From a virus (taxonomy: Duplodnaviria > Heunggongvirae > Uroviricota > Caudoviricetes), in the IMG/VR virus record IMGVR_UViG_3300033067_000531: a DNA stretch of 45,158 nucleotides; one strand, 5' to 3'. The notes beneath the pieces are model-generated. The model was not told the origin of the DNA and searched no databases. It saw nothing but the letters and a program-made list of their open reading frames with translations. The translations under genes were made by a program, and so were the position numbers. Shown here piece by piece: positions 37,684 through 44,140 of the stretch. The stretch's first letter is position 1. Every line of letters begins with the position of its first letter.

Positions 37684-38466
37684 ATGGATCCATTTACATT
37701 ATTTGCGCTGGCCAATGGTGCAGTAAATGCAGTTAAGGCCGGTTGTAAACTTTACAAAGATATCAAAGGCGCCGCCGGTGAGGTGAAGGACGTCCTAAAG
37801 GACATGGATGAGCAATTTAAAAAGTTGCATCCTCCAGAAAAACCTCCGACCATAGAACAGAAAAACGCCTACATTAAGCAAAAGAATGAGGTTGTTGAAC
37901 TCAACAAGAAGGCCAATTCTGGTGAACAATTAGGTGTATATCAAGAGATTGGAGAACACCTTGGAACATATTATGACAACTTCTATAAGTGCATGGCAGT
38001 ATTCGATGAAGAAGAACACCGTGCTGAAACCGAAGTTTATACTGGTGATGCTAGTTTAGGTAAACGTGCTTTACAACGTGTGTTGATGCGTAAACAATTG
38101 GAACAAATGTCCATAGATTTACGTGAACTGATGGTGTATCAAAGTCCTCCAGAATTGGGTGCTTTGTATACAGAAGTTGAAGCAATGATGAAACACATGG
38201 GTGAAACTCAACGTGTTCTAATTTCAAAACAAATGAAGTCTGAACATGCAGCTAAAATCAGAAGAAGAAAACAACTCCAAAGATTGAGAATTGATATTGC
38301 TTGGGGAATAAGTGTTTTGGTTATGGTTGCTGCAATTACCATAACATTTGCGATGGTAGTTGAAGATAGAATCAAGAAGTATCCACATTTAGGTACAGAG
38401 TGGATACCAAAGACCGAAGAACAAAGAAGAATAGAATCTTTACCGAAGAAGTATATAGGACGATAA
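37684..38466 (+). CDS. helical hypothetical protein with C-terminal TM
   Basis: 260 aa; the only long plus-strand ORF not shadowing another gene. Confidence 0.8.
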   Translation: MDPFTLFALANGAVNAVKAGCKLYKDIKGAAGEVKDVLKDMDEQFKKLHPPEKPPTIEQKNAYIKQKNEVVELNKKANSGEQLGVYQEIGEHLGTYYDNFYKCMAVFDEEEHRAETEVYTGDASLGKRALQRVLMRKQLEQMSIDLRELMVYQSPPELGALYTEVEAMMKHMGETQRVLISKQMKSEHAAKIRRRKQLQRLRIDIAWGISVLVMVAAITITFAMVVEDRIKKYPHLGTEWIPKTEEQRRIESLPKKYIGR

Positions 38467-38609
38467 TGCTACGACAAATTTCAAATTGGTTATACACTAA
38501 TGGTTTGGTATTTGCATCATTTCTGATTAACTTACTATCGGCATCCATCACCATAATAGTGTATTTGATTATCGCACTTGCTGTTGCATGGTGGGATAGG
38601 AACACATAA
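38466..38609 (+). CDS. small hydrophobic protein (47 aa)
   Basis: TAATG coupling with the upstream gene; hydrophobic. Confidence 0.5.
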   Translation: MLRQISNWLYTNGLVFASFLINLLSASITIIVYLIIALAVAWWDRNT

Positions 38610-38640
38610 AAAAACCCAACACAAGGTTGGGTTCTATTTT
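38608..38640. terminator. bidirectional intrinsic terminator
   Basis: AACCCAAC-acaag-GTTGGGTT between convergent genes, flanked by A- and T-rich tracts. Confidence 0.75.
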
Positions 38641-38833
38641 ATTTTTTGATTATGTTTTCAAAGGCTTCATCTTCTGCCTTAGAGTCTTCCAGTTCCTGTA
38701 TGGTAGGAGGAACATAAACATAAGGAACTCTTGGTGGTTTTTTACCAAAAATAATTTCGTGACCTTCTCGATATTCTTTTGTGACCGTGCCGGTCTGAAT
38801 ACTGTCACCAGTTATATCGTTGGTTGCCGCCAT
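38639..38833 (-). CDS. hypothetical protein
   Basis: MAATNDITGDSIQT; GGAG RBS. Confidence 0.65.
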   Translation of the reverse strand: MAATNDITGDSIQTGTVTKEYREGHEIIFGKKPPRVPYVYVPPTIQELEDSKAEDEAFENIIKK

Positions 38834-38835
38834 AC

Positions 38836-39081
38836 TTAGTCTCCGTAAATGAAGATTACATGTTCGATATCAACAACATAAGTTTCACCTTCAGCCTTCA
38901 TTGCGCCATTCCAGTTCAAAAGAACTTGGTCGCCAATTTCAACTTCGGTCACTTTAGGACCTAAAGCAATAACTTCACCACGATCCGGTTCTTCTGTACG
39001 TTGTAAGATGATACCGCCAGCAGATTGTTTCTCGGCTGCAATTCGTTTCACGGCAATTTTAGATGCTAATGGTTTAATCAT
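38836..39081 (-). CDS. groES: GroES-like co-chaperonin
   Basis: IKPL...SAGGIIL...GEVIALGP...VEIGDQVL. Confidence 0.9.
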   Translation of the reverse strand: MIKPLASKIAVKRIAAEKQSAGGIILQRTEEPDRGEVIALGPKVTEVEIGDQVLLNWNGAMKAEGETYVVDIEHVIFIYGD

Positions 39082-39096
39082 AATGTCCTAATAAAA

Positions 39097-39173
39097 TGGT
39101 TGCAATGGCTGGATTCGAACCAACGACCTCCGAGGGTATGAACCTGGTGAGATGACCTCTTCTCTACACTGCT
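39097..39173 (-). tRNA. tRNA-Met(CAT), initiator-like
   Basis: Cloverleaf, CAT anticodon, 1:72 mismatch, encoded CCA. Confidence 0.75.
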
Positions 39174-39180
39174 ATAAAAA

Positions 39181-39249
39181 TGGAGCGGCGATACTGATTC
39201 TCACAGTAGTCACGGGAGGGCATCCACGTGACGTTATTACGTTCGCCGC
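39181..39249 (-). ncRNA. atypical tRNA-Gly-like RNA
   Basis: Acceptor GCGGCGA/TCGCCGC-T-CCA; 5-bp arm with TGAGAAT loop; long arm with TGCCC loop; no normal D arm. Confidence 0.65.
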
Positions 39250-39256
39250 ATAAACT

Positions 39257-39330
39257 TGGAGCGGGATAAGAGAATCGAACTCTTAACCGGAGATTGGAAA
39301 TCTACTGTTTTACCATTAAACTAATCCCGC
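39257..39330 (-). tRNA. tRNA-Gly(TCC)
   Basis: Cloverleaf, TT-TCC-AA loop, U73, CCA. Confidence 0.93.
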
Positions 39331-39466
39331 ATACATCTATATATACATCATTTTGAAATGTACTATCTACAACACAAGCATGTGGGAAGCCTGTGCTTGA
39401 TAGTTCGTCACACCACCAACGCCTTAACATTTCAAAATGAGGACTCTTTCGAATCCTCATAAACCA

Positions 39467-40912
39467 TTACAACACTTTGTAACGGTCGTCCATGATGGTT
39501 TTAAGCATCACGGCTTCTGGAGTGAAGGTTTCGATATCACCCGCAAGCATTGGCTTAACCACTGCTGGAGAGAAACCAGAAACCATTGCAACACCAGACT
39601 TGTTGAACTTAACTGGAGCGTTTCCATAAGAAGCGTTCAAGTTCCAGAATACCACACGTGGCATTTCGTAACCTGCTTCTGCATACTTACGTGCAATCAT
39701 TTGGATTGCGCTTTCGTCATATTCAACACCTTGGTCGAATTGCATGTCAGACAAGATTAACAATACCTTAGGCATTTCGTCTTGTGCAACATTACCCTTA
39801 CGAGCAACTTCCAAAATCTTGTCAAATGCACGGTGCAAGTTGGTGTTAGCCACTTCGCCAGTGTTCATTTGGGCAATCTTTTGGTTGATGTTACCCTTCA
39901 AGTTAACCAATTGTGGGTTACGGCTGAAAGTCAAGAAAGTGTCCTTGAACTTACCAGTGTTCTTGTCAGCAAGGTACAATCCCAAAGAGATTGCAACGTC
40001 CAAACAAGACAACCCAGACTTTGAACCATGTCCGCCAGCAGCGCAGGTCATAGAACCAGAGGAGTCAACCAATGGTAGAATGTCTGCATCACCAACGTAG
40101 TTTGGCAAAGCGTCCCATTGTGCTTGGATCAAGTCCAATTCGGTCTTGTCCCAATTCATTGAACGACCATATCCAGTAGAGATACGACCCTTCAATACAT
40201 CGTAAGGGAAAACTGCCGAAGCGTTTACCTTTACTTCAACTGAACGTTCAGCCACTGGCTTCACTAATTCAGCAACGTATTGTGCATACAATGGAGTGTT
40301 GCGGTTGAAAGCCTTTTTGTAACGGGATGCCGCTACGGAAGGCACGTGTGAAAAGTTGATTGAGTTCCAATCCTTTGCACACATTTGGGTTTCAACAACC
40401 TTGGTCATTTCAACCAAGGACTTACGATAGAACTTTGGTGACATTCCGAAGAACGCACGGATTTCTGCCGCAACTTTACCCTTGCGTGGAGTCCACTTTG
40501 CTGCCAAACCATTACGTTCACGCAGCGCATCACCTAACATGGTGTATGCATGAGACTTCATCACATCAGTGTTGAAAACGAAGATATCGTCCCAACGACC
40601 TAATTCTGGCACTTTAGCCAATAGAGCCTTACAGGCTTCTACATCAGTTTTTTCCAAATAACGAAGGATGTTACGGAAAGTTTCACGTTCACCAGCACCA
40701 CCACGAACGTCACGTACCCATGCAGCAACACGTAATGCTAAAGCACGGTCTTGAACGAACGCAGCAACAAAAGCTGGAGTGATATCTTTACCACGGGAGG
40801 CACCGATATTGTAGAACAAATCCACAACTGCATTAGAAGTGGACTTTAAAGCCTTCATACCGTTAGTGGTACGAGCTTCTTGGTTAACAACGGCATTTAC
40901 AAAAGTGTTCAT
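39467..40912 (-). CDS. Ro60/TROVE-like protein (DUF2828-type) with C-terminal vWA domain
   Basis: RDVRGGAGER, GRWDD, AAKWTPR, VPSVA, MIDAS DSSGSM, LSDMQFD, VFWNL; GAAGGA RBS before ATG 40912 (481 aa). Confidence 0.8.
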   Translation of the reverse strand: MNTFVNAVVNQEARTTNGMKALKSTSNAVVDLFYNIGASRGKDITPAFVAAFVQDRALALRVAAWVRDVRGGAGERETFRNILRYLEKTDVEACKALLAKVPELGRWDDIFVFNTDVMKSHAYTMLGDALRERNGLAAKWTPRKGKVAAEIRAFFGMSPKFYRKSLVEMTKVVETQMCAKDWNSINFSHVPSVAASRYKKAFNRNTPLYAQYVAELVKPVAERSVEVKVNASAVFPYDVLKGRISTGYGRSMNWDKTELDLIQAQWDALPNYVGDADILPLVDSSGSMTCAAGGHGSKSGLSCLDVAISLGLYLADKNTGKFKDTFLTFSRNPQLVNLKGNINQKIAQMNTGEVANTNLHRAFDKILEVARKGNVAQDEMPKVLLILSDMQFDQGVEYDESAIQMIARKYAEAGYEMPRVVFWNLNASYGNAPVKFNKSGVAMVSGFSPAVVKPMLAGDIETFTPEAVMLKTIMDDRYKVL

Positions 40913-40934
40913 AATTAAATTTCCTTCAAAAAAC

Positions 40935-41129
40935 TGGATGATTGGAGAACGTAACTTATTTTCTGGTCGCCTCCTGGTTATCTCCACGACCCTATTCAGT
41001 AATCGCCACTGAAACCGATTCCATATTCAACGGACACTATTTGATATTCTATCAACACTATACCATATTTCAGGTCTTTCGTAGTATCAGAGTTTCCTCT
41101 GTTTGTTAATTTTCTGCTGAATTCATCCA
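40935..41129 (-). ncRNA. scaffold RNA copy A (195 nt, multi-hairpin cargo)
   Basis: TGGATGA-ATT-CAGCA...TCATCCA-GTTTTT. Confidence 0.65.
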
Positions 41130-41139
41130 TTAAAACAAC

Positions 41140-41303
41140 AGGTAAGCTTCCTACTTTTTGTTTACAGTGAGAATATCGAAACTCACCTCTCTGAACTTAT
41201 TTCAGTAGTAGACTTCAACGCACTCGGTCACGACTCCGTGCTCCATCTATCGCTACCATAAGGACTCAGAACGACAGTTATTAATTGCTGCTGTAACTTA
41301 CCT
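41140..41303 (-). ncRNA. scaffold RNA copy B (164 nt)
   Basis: AGGTAAG-TTA-CAGCA...CTTACCT-GTTGTTT. Confidence 0.65.
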
Positions 41304-41337
41304 AAAAACTTATTCAATGTTTCATAACAAAGATGTT

Positions 41338-41390
41338 ATTATATCATTAAAAACTTGTAGAGTCAATAGTCATGTTGCAGGATTGCAACA
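41338..41390 (-). promoter_or_regulatory. sigma70-type promoter with upstream palindrome, reading into RNAs B and A and the Ro60-like gene
   Basis: TTGACT-N17-TATAAT with TGn (41338-41366); TGTTGCA-ggat-TGCAACA at 41373-41390. Confidence 0.85.
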
Positions 41391-41397
41391 TATTTTT

Positions 41398-41471
41398 TGG
41401 TGCCCCATGAGAGAATCGAACTCCCATCCTCGGATTACAAAACCGATGTTCTGCCATTTAACTAATGGGGC
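41398..41471 (-). tRNA. tRNA-Thr(TGT)
   Basis: Cloverleaf, TT-TGT-AA, CCA. Confidence 0.93.
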
Positions 41472-41479
41472 AAAAAATT

Positions 41480-41553
41480 TGGAGCGGGTACCGAGAATCG
41501 AACTCGGAAATAAACCTTGGCAAGGTTTCAGGTTACCTTTACATCATACCCGC
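41480..41553 (-). tRNA. tRNA-Gly(GCC)
   Basis: Cloverleaf, TT-GCC-AA, U73, CCA. Confidence 0.93.
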
Positions 41554-41562
41554 ATATAACTT

Positions 41563-41591
41563 ATTATATATCAAAAATAATCTCTTGGCAA
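41563..41591 (-). promoter_or_regulatory. sigma70-type promoter within the tRNA array
   Basis: TTGCCA-N17-TATAAT, AT-rich upstream. Confidence 0.75.
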
Positions 41592-41621
41592 CAGCCTTTT
41601 TAAAATTATTTTTGGTATATT

Positions 41622-41707
41622 TGGTACGGCCACCCGGACTTGAACCGGGACGCACTAAGGCGGGAGATTTTAAGTCTCCTGTGTACTACCAATTTCACCA
41701 TGGCCGC
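41622..41707 (-). tRNA. tRNA-Leu(TAA)
   Basis: Long variable arm, CT-TAA-AA, CCA. Confidence 0.93.
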
Positions 41708-41712
41708 ATATC

Positions 41713-41787
41713 TGGTCCGGCGTAGAGGAATCGAACCTCTATCAGAAGGGTAGAAGCCTACTGTATTATCCATTATACTAACGCCAG
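41713..41787 (-). tRNA. tRNA-Arg(TCT)
   Basis: Cloverleaf, CT-TCT-AC, CCA. Confidence 0.9.
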
Positions 41788-41793
41788 ATTGTT

Positions 41794-41870
41794 TGGTGCC
41801 CTCTGTGAGATTCGAACTCACACTGTATGGCTTCTAAGACCATCGCCTCTACCAATTGCGCTAAGAGGGC
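41794..41870 (-). tRNA. tRNA-Leu(TAG), short variable loop
   Basis: CT-TAG-AA loop, A73, CCA, 77 nt. Confidence 0.88.
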
Positions 41871-41977
41871 ATAAATATTTTACATGAAAAAAGACAACGA
41901 TTACTATCTTAAAGAACTGTGGCAAATTGCACAACAGTATCCTTATATAGAAACCAAATTCTCTACAACAACTAAGG

Positions 41978-42006
41978 ATTATACACCATCCTACCCTAAA
42001 AGGCAA
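41978..42006 (-). promoter_or_regulatory. sigma70-type promoter within the tRNA array
   Basis: TTGCCT-N17-TATAAT. Confidence 0.65.
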
Positions 42007-42039
42007 GAGCTAGAATTTAAACCTTTAGTATTAAAAAAG

Positions 42040-42113
42040 TGGTGCTCTCGCCGAGAATCAAACTCGGGTAACATCCGTACCAAGGATGTGTAATGTCACT
42101 ATACGACAAGAGC
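42040..42113 (-). tRNA. tRNA-Thr(GGT)
   Basis: TT-GGT-AC loop; T-loop TTTGATT; CCA. Confidence 0.88.
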
Positions 42114-42119
42114 AATAAC

Positions 42120-42223
42120 AGGATGCAGTGCTAAAGACCGGGACTCGAACCCAATGCACACCCCCAGCGGGCCGGCCTGCCGAAGTTTTGGAGGCAGTTG
42201 TTTTATGTTGCAGTATTCATCCT
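42120..42223 (-). ncRNA. scaffold RNA copy C (GC-rich cargo with T-arm)
   Basis: AGGATGA-ATA-CTGCAA...GGG-TTCGAGT-CCC...CATCCT-GTTATT. Confidence 0.6.
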
Positions 42224-42231
42224 TAAAAGGG

Positions 42232-42376
42232 TTCCGAACGACCAACTATCTTTCTCAAGGACTCATTGGCTTGTCTCGTATAGGAGAGTTTAACTACCTT
42301 GTGTTGCTACTGGTGTGTCAGTCTCAAGAATAGGGACCTAGCGCACAAGGGACTCAATCCAAACGTCTAGTTCGAA
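42232..42376 (-). ncRNA. putative structured RNA of unknown class
   Basis: Ends pair (CGAAC-TA-GAC/GTC-GTTCG); internal CTTGTG/CACAAG helix; no ORF. Confidence 0.45.
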
Positions 42377-42380
42377 ATTT

Positions 42381-42455
42381 TGGTGGGTCATCAGAGAATC
42401 AAACTCTGTTCTTCCGGTTAAGAGCCGGTTGCTTCATCACTTAAGCTTATAACCC
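42381..42455 (-). tRNA. tRNA-Lys(CTT)
   Basis: CT-CTT-AA loop; T-loop TTTGATT; CCA. Confidence 0.9.
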
Positions 42456-42533
42456 ATATAGAAACACACTAGCTTGCAAGACTACTATTAACCCCACGGG
42501 TACGCCGCTGTTAATAGTCAGTGTGTTTTTATA

Positions 42534-42610
42534 TGGTGCCCACGGCGAGATTCGAACTCGCACTGTACAGGTTTTGAATCTGTTGCCTCTACCAATTGCG
42601 CTACGGGGGC
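42534..42610 (-). tRNA. tRNA-Leu(CAA), short variable loop
   Basis: TT-CAA-AA loop; body paralogous to tRNA-Leu(TAG). Confidence 0.88.
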
Positions 42611-42620
42611 ATAAAATAAC

Positions 42621-42732
42621 AGGATACCTTTTTCGTTGCTCTACCAATTGAGCTAATCTTCCATCAGAAAGATACAGGAATCGAACCTGCGACACACGGC
42701 TTTGAATGCTATGTAGTTGCTGCAAGTATCCT
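42621..42732 (-). ncRNA. scaffold RNA copy D: YrlA-like RNA with circularly permuted tRNA domain
   Basis: AGGATAC-TTG-CAGCAA...T arm, loop-closed 7-bp acceptor stem, D arm...GTATCCT-GTTATTT. Confidence 0.8.
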
Positions 42733-42741
42733 TAAAATAAC

Positions 42742-42839
42742 AGGTTAGTTTTTTTGCAGTGGGAATTGAACCCACAAGGTTTCATTAAAAGTGAAATTGC
42801 CAACCATTGGCGTTGCTTGATTTTTGCTGAACCTAACCT
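42742..42839 (-). ncRNA. scaffold RNA copy E: tRNA-Lys(TTT)-like cargo without CCA
   Basis: AGGTTAG-GTT-CAGCAA...D-like arm, TTTCA-CTTTTAA-TGAAA, GTGGG-TTCAATT-CCCAC...CTAACCT-GTTATTT. Confidence 0.75.
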
Positions 42840-42844
42840 TTAAC

Positions 42845-42920
42845 TGGTGCCACAAACTGGACTCGAACCAGTAACACATGGATTTTCAATCCACCGCTCT
42901 ACCATTGGAGCTACTGCGGC
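42845..42920 (-). tRNA. tRNA-Phe(GAA)
   Basis: Cloverleaf, TT-GAA-AA, CCA. Confidence 0.93.
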
Positions 42921-42930
42921 ATAAAATAAA

Positions 42931-43098
42931 TTTGTAAGTAGTTCCGCCTCGTCCATTCGGAACCATTTCGGTTGGTGTACGTTCAACTTAGAGGTACGTA
43001 GTAATAGATGTTACTTGCCAGTTGCCATGTTGTCGGACTCGAACCGTTAGCTCACAAAGTTTTCGAGGCTTTGCTTTCACATCATCTACACTTACAAA
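42931..43098 (-). ncRNA. putative structured RNA with 9-bp terminal stem and T-loop
   Basis: TTTGTAAGT...ACTTACAAA ends; internal CGG-TTCGAGT-CCG. Confidence 0.55.
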
Positions 43099-43101
43099 AC
43101 T

Positions 43102-43175
43102 TGGTACCTCGTGAAAGAATCGAACTTTCTTATCCCACTTGTAAGGAGGGTGTTCTACCATTAAACTAACGAGGC
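43102..43175 (-). tRNA. tRNA-Val(TAC)
   Basis: CT-TAC-AA loop, CCA. Confidence 0.9.
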
Positions 43176-43188
43176 ATAAAATTTACTT

Positions 43189-43263
43189 TGGGCAGGAATA
43201 CCAGGATCGAACTGGTGATAACGGAATCACAACCCGTGGTTTTACCACTAAACTAATTCCTGC
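43189..43263 (-). tRNA. tRNA-His(GTG)
   Basis: TT-GTG-AT loop; G-1:C73; CCA. Confidence 0.92.
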
Positions 43264-43313
43264 CCAAAGTAAACTTTGGAATTTTCAACCGTGTTTATTC
43301 ACGGGGGTCTGTA

Positions 43314-43802
43314 TTATACACCAAGTGCTTCTTGTTCGGCAAGAATCCGTTTCAAACGGTCAGCACAGAACGAAGCAGCAGGTGCATCAGGTTTAACCAT
43401 AGGTGTCATGTTACATGTACCTTTGATATAACCGATAGCTTGTTGCACAACGCATGAAGAACCATGTAGGTCGGATTTGTTCAAGTCCAAATGAACTTCA
43501 ACGTGTCTATCTTCTAATACGTCCTGCATTTCCTGGAACAATTCTGATACCTTGTAAACTTCGGTCATCAGTCTCATTGCAGGTTTGCTTTTCTTGTGGT
43601 CATAGTCAATTTCACGTTGAACATAACCGAAAATCTTACAACCATGGCGGCCATTGATATGAACAACGACAGCCAAAGCATAATCGGCATACCAGACACC
43701 GTTTACTCTGATACGTTCAGAGTCGGCACCAAGGTAAACCTTTGTATCTGAACCTTGGTTCAAGATAAAATCTTTAACTTCTTGAATGTCGAATTTACTC
43801 AT
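43314..43802 (-). CDS. RNase H-like YkuK/DUF458-family protein
   Basis: VYLGADS, AVVVH...G, RLMTEV, EVHLDLN, KPDAPAASFCADR; AAGGTG RBS. Confidence 0.8.
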   Translation of the reverse strand: MSKFDIQEVKDFILNQGSDTKVYLGADSERIRVNGVWYADYALAVVVHINGRHGCKIFGYVQREIDYDHKKSKPAMRLMTEVYKVSELFQEMQDVLEDRHVEVHLDLNKSDLHGSSCVVQQAIGYIKGTCNMTPMVKPDAPAASFCADRLKRILAEQEALGV

Positions 43803-43824
43803 ATCAATCACCTTTCTATAAAAA

Positions 43825-43898
43825 TGGCACCTCGTGAGAGAATCGAACTCCCGCAAACGGACTTGGAAACCGTTGTGCTACCATTACACTAACGAGGC
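43825..43898 (-). tRNA. tRNA-Trp(CCA)
   Basis: TT-CCA-AG loop, G73, U31.U39 mismatch. Confidence 0.8.
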
Positions 43899-43909
43899 AT
43901 ATAAACAAC

Positions 43910-43970
43910 AGGATAATTTTTGCGTTTTCAATTACAAGTTGAATGCTTTTTGATTTGCTGAACTTATCCT
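43910..43970 (-). ncRNA. scaffold RNA copy F: lone Thr(TGT) anticodon stem-loop cargo
   Basis: AGGATAA-GTT-CAGCAA...TTCAA-CTTGTAA-TTGAA...TTATCCT-GTTGTTT. Confidence 0.7.
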
Positions 43971-43975
43971 AAAAC

Positions 43976-44054
43976 TGGCTCCGTGTGAGGGAATCGAACC
44001 CACCTAATCATTGATTAACAGTCAAGTCCTTGCACCTTGCTTGGATTTCACGGA
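43976..44054 (-). tRNA. tRNA-Asn(GTT), atypical D arm
   Basis: CT-GTT-AA loop, G73, CCA. Confidence 0.8.
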
Positions 44055-44140
44055 ATAAAATTGTGTAAGTTCCTACTAGCACCCATCGTTACTTACAACC
44101 GTTGAGCAGCCATGCATCGAAACAAGACTGCTATTTGCTC

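Noticed and set aside
1185-40575. Numerous 60-186 aa plus-strand and alternate-frame ORFs inside long genes
   Set aside because: They are antisense or frame shadows of well-supported minus-strand genes, without motifs of their own
40913-40987. N-terminal extension of the Ro60-like ORF to 40987
   Set aside because: A good RBS precedes ATG 40912, and the extension lies inside structured RNA copy A
41884-42093. Plus-strand 69 aa ORF MKKDNDYY... with an ATAAATA upstream
   Set aside because: It runs antisense into tRNA-Thr and across a minus-strand sigma70 promoter with no clear RBS; not excluded but unsupported
43803-43856. N-terminal extension of the YkuK-like ORF
   Set aside because: It overlaps tRNA-Trp; the RBS supports ATG 43802
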